64,000 nt of DNA from IMG/VR virus record IMGVR_UViG_3300045157_000010. One strand, 5' to 3'. This stretch comes from a virus. The first letter of the stretch is position 1; every line of letters begins with the position of its first letter. A program made the position numbers and the translations under genes. This document shows, one piece after another, positions 42,774-52,875 of this stretch. The notes under the pieces are model-generated. The model saw nothing but the letters and a program-made list of their open reading frames with translations, was not told the DNA's origin and did not search any database.

Positions 42774-44228
42774 TTAACCCTCGGCAGGGGGCTCAAGCGC
42801 AGTGACACGCGCATCCAGCGCGGTAATCAGCGCTGCCTGAGCCGCGATCAGATCATCCACGTACTTCTTCGTTGCGGCGTGATCGGCACTGGTCGGATCA
42901 CCGACGACGATGATCCCGTTAGAGCCACGGACCGGAACAGTGTTGGCCGTCTTCGATGTGCCAGAGACAGTGCGCAGGTACGGCTGTCCGGTAGACCCGA
43001 CGCCGTAGACCGAGTTCGGGGTAGTGGAAGCGTCCACCTTGGTTCCGAGCGCGGCGGTCGTGGAGGTAGCAAGGTTTGCAACCTCAGTAGCGGCAGCCTC
43101 GCCAGCAGCGGCGGCGGCTTCCAGTTCAATGATTCGGGCAGCCTCGTAATCGTCTCCGGCTTTCCAATCATCGCGGGGGACGAAAGGCATGTCCTCCTCA
43201 CTTTCTGCGCCCAGATTGAGCGCGGTAATCAGTCGAGCGGCTAGATCGGCGTGCCCCTTCGCGGTCGGATGAACACCATCCGAGGCGAGGATTCCCGCAG
43301 CCTTATCGGCGTCAATGTCGCCGGACCAGTAGCCTTCCATCGCGTCCGTAAAGTCACGGTTCGCGGGGTCGAGCGCGGCAGCGGTACGCATGGGGCCGAT
43401 GATCTGCTCACGGTCGTACCCCTCGTCCTTCGGCGCGTCCTGTGACGCGAGGACGATCCACGGGTTCTTCGCGCACTCCTCAGAGATCACAGCTAGCATC
43501 TGGTTCAGCGTCGCCGTAACCTCTGCCTGGGTCTTCCCCGACGACTCCTCATTGCTGCCGTAGGACAGGATGATGAAATCAGGGTCCAGGTGCCGCAGTC
43601 GCGGGCGAAGCGTAAGTGCCTGCTGATTGGCGGTGAGATGCCAGTCCAAGGTGGACCCGCCCCAGCCGCCGTTCAGCATGATCGCACCGGCGGTGTTGTC
43701 GCCGTCGTACAGGTGTACGAAGTCGATCACTGTCTCGCCGGTGGTGGAAAACTCGAACGTGTGAGTACCACGGGGAAGCTCCCCGGAATCCCACGACGCT
43801 GAGAACGTCAGATCGCCGGACGTAGACAGGGGGATCGGAGCCGGGGTGTCACCGTCCACAGAGACGGTGACCGTGCCGGTCCCACCCCCCTCACGCAGAC
43901 CGAACCACGCCCCAGTGCAGTCCGTCATCGACCATGACACCGGGGCACCGGAAGTGACGAGAATGTTGGTGTGCCCGAGGCCGGACGAGTTCGACGTTCC
44001 CCCGGTTCGAGTAGCGCGGGGCCAACTGGCACCAGCATTCGCCGTACGCGGTTCGCCCGCAGCATCCTGGTGGACCTTCCCCCGTATCGCAGACTCCACC
44101 AGAGCGGAAATGGACTTGTCCGGCCACGAAGCACCCGCCCCGACCCCCGCGATGGTGGACGACCCGATGATGATTCCCACAGGACGGTCCATCGCCAGGA
44201 TCTCAGAGCGTCTCTTAGAGAGCGCCAT
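42774..44228 (-). CDS. SGNH/GDSL esterase fused to a fiber-like C-terminal module
   Basis: IGSSTIAG, NGGWGG, YGSNE, DGVHP; C-terminal HAATKKYVD; internal RBS and ATG at 43190. Confidence 0.85.
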   Translation of the reverse strand: MALSKRRSEILAMDRPVGIIIGSSTIAGVGAGASWPDKSISALVESAIRGKVHQDAAGEPRTANAGASWPRATRTGGTSNSSGLGHTNILVTSGAPVSWSMTDCTGAWFGLREGGGTGTVTVSVDGDTPAPIPLSTSGDLTFSASWDSGELPRGTHTFEFSTTGETVIDFVHLYDGDNTAGAIMLNGGWGGSTLDWHLTANQQALTLRPRLRHLDPDFIILSYGSNEESSGKTQAEVTATLNQMLAVISEECAKNPWIVLASQDAPKDEGYDREQIIGPMRTAAALDPANRDFTDAMEGYWSGDIDADKAAGILASDGVHPTAKGHADLAARLITALNLGAESEEDMPFVPRDDWKAGDDYEAARIIELEAAAAAGEAAATEVANLATSTTAALGTKVDASTTPNSVYGVGSTGQPYLRTVSGTSKTANTVPVRGSNGIIVVGDPTSADHAATKKYVDDLIAAQAALITALDARVTALEPPAEG

Positions 44229-44281
44229 CTACCCCTCCAATCACGTCAGGACGAGTGGCAGAGGACCACCCACCCGCCCGA

Positions 44282-44896
44282 CTAGGGGTTTTCCGGGTCA
44301 GTGCCAGCGGTCTTGAAACGGATCACATCAGGGGTAGCAACGTTCACGCCGGTACCGGAGAACACAGCCTTGTCGTACAGGGCACCATCAGCATCCTTAC
44401 GGATCTCAACAGTGAACTCCGTGGTCGAAGCACCATCATCAGCCTTGTCCATGCTGGACGGGTAGATGTTCGCCTCCAGTCGCGACACCTCGACATGAAC
44501 GTTGCCGTTCTGGTCAGTGGTGCGGAACCCGATGTACCGCTGAGCATCCTGCGGAGCAAGAACCACAGTCGGGGTTCCTGCCTCCGGGAACTCAGAGTTC
44601 GGCCACATCAGGGACCAAACAACCTCGTTATCCTCCAGGGAGGTGAAGGTGCGGGTGTCCTTCTTGAACTTCTGGTCGGTGGCGATCAGCTGAGAAGACC
44701 AACCAAGGATCTCCGTACGGTCAGCGTCGCGCTCCTGGCCGATGGAAGAACCATCAGCGAGGATGCCAACCTGAAGCCAGTCAGCGCCGAACGTGCCGTC
44801 AGCCTCAGCCTTCGGATCGGTAGCGCCCACGATGGAAATGTAGACCTCGGCGTTCTTCCAAATGTGAACGCGGTCTGCAACGTCAGTAGTAGCCAT
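44282..44896 (-). CDS. Major tail protein
   Basis: W..VGIL..GS, FTSLEDN; upstream of the chaperones. Confidence 0.85.
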   Translation of the reverse strand: MATTDVADRVHIWKNAEVYISIVGATDPKAEADGTFGADWLQVGILADGSSIGQERDADRTEILGWSSQLIATDQKFKKDTRTFTSLEDNEVVWSLMWPNSEFPEAGTPTVVLAPQDAQRYIGFRTTDQNGNVHVEVSRLEANIYPSSMDKADDGASTTEFTVEIRKDADGALYDKAVFSGTGVNVATPDVIRFKTAGTDPENP

Positions 44897-44897
44897 G

Positions 44898-45284
44898 CTA
44901 TGGCTCCTTTCGGTTAGTAGCAGCCTTCACAGCGAAAGCCGCAATCCAGCGGGACGCGTCCGGGGAATCCCGAACCACGCTCAGCCCCACTGCGGGATAG
45001 ATAGTCAGACCCGGCACGTGGGCGGGGTCCAGTAGAAACGCCTCCAGCTGCGCCGCCAACGAGCGCGCATCCGGGGCAAACTCGGCGTAGGTCACGACAC
45101 GGACGATCTCGCCCGTCCATGCCCGCGCCTGATCGGTGGTGCCGTTCGATGAGACGGTCACCGCAGGGCCGGACTTCACACCCCAACCCTTCGGCAACTC
45201 TGATCTCACCGGCACGTCAGCCACCGCAATATTCAGTTCTCGGATGATCGCGCTCACCGCGTCCTGTTGGACGAGCATCGTCAC
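44898..45284 (-). CDS. Tail terminator protein
   Basis: Position before the major tail gene; size. Confidence 0.65.
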   Translation of the reverse strand: MTMLVQQDAVSAIIRELNIAVADVPVRSELPKGWGVKSGPAVTVSSNGTTDQARAWTGEIVRVVTYAEFAPDARSLAAQLEAFLLDPAHVPGLTIYPAVGLSVVRDSPDASRWIAAFAVKAATNRKEP

Positions 45285-45547
45285 CCCCCATACCTGTGAA
45301 TGTCGAGGCCGGACGAAACAGCAGACTGAATCAGGTAGCCGTGCTTCGCCTCAGCAGCACGCGCTTGCGGAACCCGCATAGCGACCAGCGCGACCGGCTT
45401 ACCGCCCTTGTCCTTCTTCATCCGCACGTCCGCGTTCATCTCCGCAGGCACCCCCGAAGCGACCCGCTGCCCCGCCTGCTGAACAAGCGGCGTAGCGGCC
45501 TCCAAGAGCTGCTGCCAGAAATCGTCAGGCAGATTCTTCTGAGCCAT
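45281..45547 (-). CDS. Neck / head-tail protein
   Basis: EAKHG motif; position. Confidence 0.6.
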   Translation of the reverse strand: MAQKNLPDDFWQQLLEAATPLVQQAGQRVASGVPAEMNADVRMKKDKGGKPVALVAMRVPQARAAEAKHGYLIQSAVSSGLDIHRYGG

Positions 45548-45891
45548 CAGCCCTCACCCCTCTGGCACACGAACACAACAGACGGGCGATGCCTCGACAA
45601 CGCGGGCCGGCGGAATGCCGCAAAATCATGCGGCGGCTCCAGCACCGTGAACCACTCCCCCCGGATCAACACCTCAGAATCAGCATCGACCACCGTCCCA
45701 GACGGGGCGAACACCCGAAGCTGCACGAAAGCACCCTCCCGGTCCTGCCCCACATCCTGAGCAAGCACGAGCGGCTGCACACGACACGTCACAGTGACGG
45801 AACCACCCGGCATCTGCGGTACCCCGTACTCGTCCACTTCTGGACGCTGACGGATCACCACAGGCTCCCACGCCTCATTCACCGGTACCAC
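45547..45891 (-). CDS. Head-to-tail stopper
   Basis: VDEYG..CRVQP..IRGEWF; position. Confidence 0.7.
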   Translation of the reverse strand: MVPVNEAWEPVVIRQRPEVDEYGVPQMPGGSVTVTCRVQPLVLAQDVGQDREGAFVQLRVFAPSGTVVDADSEVLIRGEWFTVLEPPHDFAAFRRPALSRHRPSVVFVCQRGEG

Positions 45892-46310
45892 CGCTCCGGC
45901 CAGCGCGACGCACGCGGGAAACTCCCCCGAGCACCAGCCTGATACAGCAGGCCCAGTTCCTCACGGTGCGCATCGGTCAGGATAAGCCGACCGAACCCGA
46001 CCAGCCCATCAACAGACGAACCATAGGTCACCGAATCGGACTCAGCGCCCGTAGTCGAGGACACTGAAGCCTGACCGACGTTCCCGCCAATCAGAACCGC
46101 TGCGGCCACCATGTCACGGATCACGCGCTTAGCGGCATGAGCCAACCACGGTGTTGCCGCAACCTCCGCATCGAAGTCCCTACCGACACGAGAGAAAGCG
46201 TCACGCACAATCTCCTCCGCGTCGCCCAGAAGAACCACGACCCGTGCAGCCTCATCCACCGCCAGCGTCACCGGCAGGCGTGAGGCCAGATCATCAAACT
46301 CAACGAGCAT
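45879..46310 (-). CDS. Head-to-tail adaptor
   Basis: LLGDAEEIV, SSTTGAES, LILT..LGL. Confidence 0.75.
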   Translation of the reverse strand: MLVEFDDLASRLPVTLAVDEAARVVVLLGDAEEIVRDAFSRVGRDFDAEVAATPWLAHAAKRVIRDMVAAAVLIGGNVGQASVSSTTGAESDSVTYGSSVDGLVGFGRLILTDAHREELGLLYQAGARGSFPRASRWPERWYR

Positions 46311-46330
46311 GACGCACCCCCTTTTCGGAG

Positions 46331-46654
46331 TCAGCGCGTCGCCGCGATGATCTCCTTCTTCGTCAACCCCTTCGGGTCAATCCCCTTCTTGACGGCATAA
46401 GCACGCCACACATCCAAGGACTCAGTACGCTTCGGGGCACTAGGCCCCTCAACCACCTTCTCGACCGGGGCAGGCTTCGGCTTAGCAGCACGGGTGACAA
46501 CAGGACCGGAAGGCTTAGACACAACCTCGGAAGCCAAAGCGCCCTGCGCCTCCAGCCACTCCGCCATAGCGTCCTCAACCTCGACCGAAGAACCCCGCAA
46601 CAGAACACCCGTGCCCGGATTCCACGCCCGGGCCAGCGTCACCCGACGCATCAC
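46331..46654 (-). CDS. Hypothetical protein after the capsid gene
   Basis: C-terminal WRAYA..GID..GLTKKEII helical motif. Confidence 0.6.
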   Translation of the reverse strand: MMRRVTLARAWNPGTGVLLRGSSVEVEDAMAEWLEAQGALASEVVSKPSGPVVTRAAKPKPAPVEKVVEGPSAPKRTESLDVWRAYAVKKGIDPKGLTKKEIIAATR

Positions 46655-47568
46655 AGACCCTTGATGCGAACGACGGACTTCGGGTTGTCCACAGCGATAG
46701 CCCGCTTACGGACCAGATCGGAACGCCACGACATGGTGGGGCCACCAATAGGAGAATCGCCACCCTCGACATACAGGGGGGTAGCGGTCAGCGGCATGGT
46801 GTCAGACTTGAAGCCAACGGCGTTAGCCTCGAACACATACGCCTCATCCTTCGGCATCAGACGGGAAGTAGCAACATTCAGGGTGCCGAACAACTGGTAG
46901 CCGGTCAGGCCCTTGTAGACAGGGTTGTCATGAGCAACATCACCGATGTAGAGCTTCTGGATCTGCTCGTTGCGGATGATCTTCGTGAGCGCCTGCGGGT
47001 GGACCAGCAGGGTGTTCGGGTCGTAGTCGAAGATGCGGGTCTCGTCACCGTCAACGGTGGCACCCTGCACCATCTCGATAGCGTCGAACAGATCCTTCAC
47101 CGGGTCGCCAGCAGTCCAGGCGGCGGAAGCCTGCAACTCGGGGATGGCAGCGGCGTTGAACGCGCCGAACACGGCATTAACGCCGTGACGGAGAACAGTC
47201 TTCTCCAGGGCGTCCATAGCGCGGGTGACAGCATCAACCTTGTTCTCGTTGCGCTGCTCCCACGAGATTCGGATAGCCTCACCGGTCTTGATGCCGAAAG
47301 CGGCATTCAGGGAACCAAGCTCCGGCGCGGACACCGGAATCTCGCCGTACTCGGCGATCTCCTCAGCATCGTCAGCGAGGTAGAGGCCCGCAGCCTCACG
47401 GAAAGCAACAACCCCCTGGTTGCTGCCACCGTCACGGAAGAACAGATCTTCGACAAACGAGTTGTCCAGGTCCTCGATGATCCGCTGCGGGATGTAGGTC
47501 GGATCGGCCATGAGCTCATCGACGGTGATCTGGGGACCGTCGTAAGCGGAAGTGATAACGTCAGCCAT
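46651..47568 (-). CDS. Major capsid protein
   Basis: 305 aa; AEYGEIP; position after protease and decoration genes. Confidence 0.85.
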   Translation of the reverse strand: MADVITSAYDGPQITVDELMADPTYIPQRIIEDLDNSFVEDLFFRDGGSNQGVVAFREAAGLYLADDAEEIAEYGEIPVSAPELGSLNAAFGIKTGEAIRISWEQRNENKVDAVTRAMDALEKTVLRHGVNAVFGAFNAAAIPELQASAAWTAGDPVKDLFDAIEMVQGATVDGDETRIFDYDPNTLLVHPQALTKIIRNEQIQKLYIGDVAHDNPVYKGLTGYQLFGTLNVATSRLMPKDEAYVFEANAVGFKSDTMPLTATPLYVEGGDSPIGGPTMSWRSDLVRKRAIAVDNPKSVVRIKGL

Positions 47569-47656
47569 TACTGGCTCCTTTCAGTTGGCGGGCGCACGCC
47601 CGACATGACAAAACCCCCGACCCGACAGGCCAGGGGTTGGGATGATTCGGGGTGTA

Positions 47657-48070
47657 CTACTCGCCAGTGCCAGCAGCGACAGGGGCGGTCGGGGTGGCAA
47701 GGAGAACCTTCACCTTGCCGTCGCCGGAAGCGCGGACAGCGGTGCCGACAAACACGGCGCCGGTAGCGGCAGCCTTACCGTCAGCGGCAGCGTAAACCGG
47801 GGCACCGGGGGCGAAAGTGCCCTCAGTCTCAACCGGGACAACAGCCGGGGTGACATGCACGGCAACGTTGCCCGGCTTGCCGATGTGAAGCACGTTGTCA
47901 TTAGTACGGGCCGGGGGGTTGGCGTTAGCGCCGGTGACAACCGCGCCGAACACGGCGGCGGTACCGTCAGCGTGCTTCGCACCCTCAGCGGCGACAGAGA
48001 CGAGCCGGAACTTCTCGATGTCCTCAGCAGCGTCGAAAGTGATAGGGCCGGTCTTGAAAACAGCAGACAT
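47657..48070 (-). CDS. Capsid decoration protein
   Basis: Gly/Ala-rich beta protein, FAPGAPVYAAADG; between scaffold and capsid genes. Confidence 0.65.
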   Translation of the reverse strand: MSAVFKTGPITFDAAEDIEKFRLVSVAAEGAKHADGTAAVFGAVVTGANANPPARTNDNVLHIGKPGNVAVHVTPAVVPVETEGTFAPGAPVYAAADGKAAATGAVFVGTAVRASGDGKVKVLLATPTAPVAAGTGE

Positions 48071-48082
48071 ACTAGGTTCTCC

Positions 48083-49435
48083 TTAGTAGTTGGAACGGGT
48101 GCCGAGCAGACGGTCTGCACGGGCGCGGAAATCGGACTTGGTTGCAGCGTCGGTCGCCTCGCGGTCCTGGCCGTGGCCGATCTCCTTAACGGGGATCGTG
48201 TTCTTCGGGATGGATCCGTACAGAGCGCGAGCAGCGTCCATGTCCTTGTGAGCGAGGGCAACAGCCTTGGACCGGATAGCGACGTTGAAACGGCCATCCT
48301 TGATCCACTGGTCAACCTCAGCCTCACGGGAAGCGGTGTCGGCCTCGTTCTTCGCATCCCAGCCGAGCTTCGCGGCGGCCTTCAGATCGTTGTAGGTGTC
48401 CATGTCGAGGACAACACGATCAGCCGGAACCGGCTCCTCGGTAGCCAGGTCTCCGGCAGGCGCGGCCTCTTCCTCGTCTCCGGCGGCGGACTTCACCGTG
48501 ACGGTGACCGGCAGCTCAACCGGCGCATCGTTACCGGTGACGGTGACCGTCAGGGCAACCTCGGAATCGGGCTCAGCGCCAGACGGGGCAGTGACAGTGA
48601 GAACACCGGTCGCCTCGTCAACCTCGGCAACGAAACCCTCCGGCGCCTCACCGACAGAGAACACCAGGCCGGACGGCGGAAGCTCGCCCTGCGGCTCAAC
48701 GGTGGCCTTACCGGTCGGGACAACCGTGGTGCCCTCCGGGTAGGAAATCTCAACATCACTGGTGACAGTGACGGTCTCATTCATGATCTTTCGGACGATG
48801 TTCACAACGTCCTCGTGGGAAAGCGAACCCATGCCGCTATCCTCCTTCTGCCCCGTAGGGGCGGTTAGGTCGGGAGACGGCGCAACGCTTCGACCCCGAT
48901 ACTTGAAATGGTTAGTGACACGTCCAGCGACAGCGGCGACAACGGCCCTGCCATCCTCGACCGAATCGGCCAGGCCGGCAGCCACCGCCTCATCCGCCGA
49001 AAACCACGTCTCCGCCCGCATTCGCTCCCGCCACTCCGAAGGCTCACCACCACCACGGGTGGCGTACACCGACGCGAGATTGTCGGAGATGCGCTCCAGG
49101 TCGGTGACAACCCGGCCCATCTCCGCAGCGTTCCCGCCGACGAAGCTCATGGCGTCGTGGATCATCAGCTCTGCCGTGGGCCGCATGACCACACGGTCAG
49201 CACCGCCCACCGCGATGAACGACGCGGCAGACGCGGCCAGCCCCTCCACGACCGCCGTAACAGTCGCAGAGTGCGCCCGGAGTGCGTTCATGATCGCCAG
49301 GCCTTCGTACACGTCGCCGCCCGGACTGTTCACCCGCAAGGTGATCTCGTCCGTCTCCAGCGACTTCAATTCGGAGACAACGGCAGACGCCGAAACGTCA
49401 GTGCCGATCTCCCCGTAGATCAACAGTTCACTCAC
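48083..49435 (-). CDS. ClpP-like prohead protease with C-terminal scaffold
   Basis: IYGEIG, VNSPGGDV, GLAASAAS, MIHDA, ETWFSADEAV. Confidence 0.92.
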   Translation of the reverse strand: MSELLIYGEIGTDVSASAVVSELKSLETDEITLRVNSPGGDVYEGLAIMNALRAHSATVTAVVEGLAASAASFIAVGGADRVVMRPTAELMIHDAMSFVGGNAAEMGRVVTDLERISDNLASVYATRGGGEPSEWRERMRAETWFSADEAVAAGLADSVEDGRAVVAAVAGRVTNHFKYRGRSVAPSPDLTAPTGQKEDSGMGSLSHEDVVNIVRKIMNETVTVTSDVEISYPEGTTVVPTGKATVEPQGELPPSGLVFSVGEAPEGFVAEVDEATGVLTVTAPSGAEPDSEVALTVTVTGNDAPVELPVTVTVKSAAGDEEEAAPAGDLATEEPVPADRVVLDMDTYNDLKAAAKLGWDAKNEADTASREAEVDQWIKDGRFNVAIRSKAVALAHKDMDAARALYGSIPKNTIPVKEIGHGQDREATDAATKSDFRARADRLLGTRSNY

Positions 49436-50891
49436 TGTTGACCTCCTCCCCCGGCGTTGCCGCCGAATCATCAACAGGAACATCAAGCCCCGTAGCCTTC
49501 AGCGCGTCATCCTGCGAAACACCAGCATCAACAAGTGACTTCGTAGCCGCCGCCAACTGGGCCAACTCCGCAGCGTCCGCCCCGTCCGCCGCATCAGTCT
49601 TCACATCTCCGGCAGCGACAGCCTCAGACAGAGGACGCTTACCAGGCAGCGAGTAGACACGCCGAACGTGCTCCTCCAGATCCTTATCCGCGAAGATCGC
49701 CTTAGCGTTCACCAGCGTGGCGAGATCCTGAGCAGACAGTTCCTTCTTCGACGCAATCGGATCAACAACAACCCGAGGGCACAACCCCGTATAACCGGGG
49801 AACGCCACATCGACAAGATCCTCAACGATGTGCTGAGTCGCGGTGTCCGCGATCCAGTCTGCAATCGTCTGCAACGACTGGATGAACAGATCCGACTGCG
49901 TTTCCGCCAGTGCGTACGAGCCTCCCCCGCCGTCGAGGTTCAGGAAGTGAGCCAGCACCGAACGGGCAATCATCGCATCGTGATACGAAATCGACTCACG
50001 AGGACTGACCAGCTGACCATTCACGCCCAACAGCTGAAGCTCAGCCTTCGCCGGGATCGCGCCGCCCGCCTCAGCGCCCGCACGAATCCCCCGTGCAAGC
50101 TCCTGACCATGACGCAGATCCTCAGCAGGGTTCTCCGCAAGCTCGGAACCCTTGTAAATCGGCACACCCATGCCGTTACGCTCCAGAACCTGCATCTCCA
50201 GGCGCAAAGCCTGATCCCGCAACTTCCAGTGCTTGAACGCGGGACGCAACACCGAAGTGCCCTCCCACGACGTATCACGCGGCGCATGACAATAAGCCAC
50301 AAGACGATCAACGGGGATAGTCGCACCATCCGCCCGCGCCGTGCCGGTGCTAGCCCCAACTTGCTCCACCGACGACAGACCACCATCCTCTGCCACATTG
50401 ATACGGGTCAACGTCCCCGGATACCGGGGGGCCAACTTAGCGAGGTGCATACGGCCCCCGCGCTCCTCATAAACCTGCTCAAAGAACATCACACCGTACT
50501 GCAACGACAGAAGAGCCTGCTGCAAGTGCTCAGTCCACGACACACGCCCACGCCGACGCGCCACCGGCTCCTTGGGAGAATCACCCAACACCGGAAGACG
50601 CAGATCCTCCGACACCAACGCCACAACCTCATCCGGTGCGCCGTTCGGGTCCAACCGCCAATCGGCACGCTCAATCGGCAACCACAAAGCATTCAACACC
50701 GAAGTAACCTGAGCATCCTCACGCCCCATCTTCGCAAACACCGCAGCCGAATGCGGAAACCGAAGCTCCCAATTATCCTCAGCCGTAATAGCGCCCTTAG
50801 ACGAAATAGCGTGGCCGATCTCCGGCGTACGCCTAGAATCGGAGGTTGGCGACAAATTGCGAACCTTCCGAGGCTGAAATGGATTCCACAT
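49428..50891 (-). CDS. Portal protein
   Basis: 487 aa after terL; G.SVLRPAFKHW..K, ERNGMGVP. Confidence 0.88.
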   Translation of the reverse strand: MWNPFQPRKVRNLSPTSDSRRTPEIGHAISSKGAITAEDNWELRFPHSAAVFAKMGREDAQVTSVLNALWLPIERADWRLDPNGAPDEVVALVSEDLRLPVLGDSPKEPVARRRGRVSWTEHLQQALLSLQYGVMFFEQVYEERGGRMHLAKLAPRYPGTLTRINVAEDGGLSSVEQVGASTGTARADGATIPVDRLVAYCHAPRDTSWEGTSVLRPAFKHWKLRDQALRLEMQVLERNGMGVPIYKGSELAENPAEDLRHGQELARGIRAGAEAGGAIPAKAELQLLGVNGQLVSPRESISYHDAMIARSVLAHFLNLDGGGGSYALAETQSDLFIQSLQTIADWIADTATQHIVEDLVDVAFPGYTGLCPRVVVDPIASKKELSAQDLATLVNAKAIFADKDLEEHVRRVYSLPGKRPLSEAVAAGDVKTDAADGADAAELAQLAAATKSLVDAGVSQDDALKATGLDVPVDDSAATPGEEVNSE

Positions 50892-52374
50892 GCCCCACGA
50901 ACCTCCTTGTCTTTTTCACGTCCGGCGCATCCACCGGAATCTCAAACTCAACTAGCCCCCACAACGCGAACGACGCAGCGACGAGCACACTGACCACCGG
51001 GGCGGTATGCTGAAACGCACGATCACCCCGAGACCCCTGACGGAACTCCGCGACCTCCAGAGCATCCCCCCACCGGGGATCCCCATCATGTGTCAACGCG
51101 CCCTCGCGGAACATCGTCAACAGCAGCTCGCACGCCGCCGTGACCTTCCCCCAGGCGATCTGCTCCGGCTCCACACCAGACTTCGTGAGCGGGTCCAACA
51201 ACGTAGCGCCGACACCCTTCGTCTCAATGACCACCGCCACCGGATCGTTCTTCGCCACCGTCCTAGCAACCGAAGCGACAACCTCATCCCGGTCAAACAC
51301 CGACACAGGGGCAAGGGACAAATGCACGCCCCTATCGGTACGCAGCGCGGCAACCATGCCAACCCCCGCACCCTCCGGCGCGACATCCAACCCCACGCAA
51401 CAATCACCGACAACACTCGGGCGAGACTCCGCGACCGCCTGCCACTCGACAGGATCAACCACAAACTCCCTGCCCTCATCCTCATCACCACGCGGATACC
51501 ACTCACCCGTGCCCAACGACTCGACCGTGAACACCGCCCGCAGCTCCGGCGACTTCCCCGCAGACTTCGCCGCAGCCCGGATCTCGCTCAACTGCACACC
51601 AGGCCCACGATCCACCAAGGAAGGGTTAGCGATGCGCCACGACTGCTCCACGAGAGGATCGGCCCCCTCGGGCATCGACCACTCCTTGAACAGAATCCCG
51701 TCCTCGCCGTCAATGCCCGCCCACCGCTTAGCCGAGAAGATCGCGCCGTGCATATGCTCCCACCGATTCACCGGCGACGAGATAAACACCTTCTGCGCAT
51801 TCTCCACAGCAGCCGTCGTCGAGTTCATCGCAGCGAACACCTCGACCGGAAGGTCGTAGCACTCGTCAAAGATCAGCAGATCGATCGTCCGACCACGGCC
51901 CGTCTTCTTCGTCCTCGTACGGAACACCGCCGACGCACCATTCGGGAAGTGGATAGCCTCCTTGCCGTTCGACTTCATCAGCTCCGGCTCACCCTCGAAC
52001 TCATCCGCCCACCAGCCCATCAGGTCCGGGTGCTCCGAGATCACATCCCACAACCGGCCCATAGCGTCCAGCGCCGTTTCCATCAAGTGCGCCGTGTGGT
52101 AGATCAGCCGCTCACCGAACAAGAAGATGCCGGCCAACTCACGGGCAACCAGAACCTCGCCCTTACCGTTCTGGCGGGCAACAACCACCGCAACCTCACG
52201 AGCCGACCACAACCCCGACTCATCCGTCCGGCACATATCCCGCAGCAAATCCTCCTGCCACGGGTACAGGGTCAGCCCGCAGAACCTGGCGAACTCCACC
52301 GCCTCATCGCCCCGCGCAACATCACCATCGGGAACATGAGACAAGCGAGGCTCACGGATGCCAAGCAGCGCCAC
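50833..52374 (-). CDS. terL: Terminase large subunit (second copy)
   Basis: Identical to 659-2200. Confidence 0.93.
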   Translation of the reverse strand: MALLGIREPRLSHVPDGDVARGDEAVEFARFCGLTLYPWQEDLLRDMCRTDESGLWSAREVAVVVARQNGKGEVLVARELAGIFLFGERLIYHTAHLMETALDAMGRLWDVISEHPDLMGWWADEFEGEPELMKSNGKEAIHFPNGASAVFRTRTKKTGRGRTIDLLIFDECYDLPVEVFAAMNSTTAAVENAQKVFISSPVNRWEHMHGAIFSAKRWAGIDGEDGILFKEWSMPEGADPLVEQSWRIANPSLVDRGPGVQLSEIRAAAKSAGKSPELRAVFTVESLGTGEWYPRGDEDEGREFVVDPVEWQAVAESRPSVVGDCCVGLDVAPEGAGVGMVAALRTDRGVHLSLAPVSVFDRDEVVASVARTVAKNDPVAVVIETKGVGATLLDPLTKSGVEPEQIAWGKVTAACELLLTMFREGALTHDGDPRWGDALEVAEFRQGSRGDRAFQHTAPVVSVLVAASFALWGLVEFEIPVDAPDVKKTRRFVGHVESISASEGSQFVANLRF

Positions 52375-52387
52375 CCGCTCACCCCCC

Positions 52388-52654
52388 TCACTCCACAGCC
52401 CTCAACGACTGGAACTTCCCACGACCAGACGAAGCCGACGTGCGCTTACGCTCGCCAAACAGGTCAGGCCGGGCAGTCGTCCACCGCGCAATCTCCGCAC
52501 TGCACTTCTGTTCGATCAGAACAGCCGGGTTCGGGACCAACGAACCGTTCACCTCGACCGTCACACCCCGCTCCCTGATGATTTCTTGGGCCTCCAGCGC
52601 CGTCGAAACCAGCCCGTCGAAGATCCGAACAATGTCCTCATCAGAATTACTCAC
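52388..52654 (-). CDS. terS: Terminase small subunit (second copy)
   Basis: Identical to 2214-2480. Confidence 0.72.
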   Translation of the reverse strand: MSNSDEDIVRIFDGLVSTALEAQEIIRERGVTVEVNGSLVPNPAVLIEQKCSAEIARWTTARPDLFGERKRTSASSGRGKFQSLRAVE

Positions 52655-52875
52655 TGTGTGGCCCCCTAACGGATTGAAGGAACAAGACTGACAACGTCAC
52701 CTAGCAGCGCTAAAAGCCCGTCAGAAGGGCCATGCAAGGCCGTACAGGGGCATTGTGGAACTACGGGGAGAGAGAAACGAGATAGCGGAGCGGCGGGGCC
52801 GAGTCAGGCGGGGCACCCCCTCAATATTTTGTGGGGTGGGGTCTTAGGTTGTCCACATGTTGTGGTTTGGGTTGC

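Larger units (their letters stand above)
1..50174. mobile_element. Complete temperate siphovirus genome, circular/attP-intact form, unit length 50,174 bp
   Basis: Full head, tail, lysis, integration/immunity and replication modules; sequence restarts at 50175; attP intact beside integrase. Confidence 0.95.
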
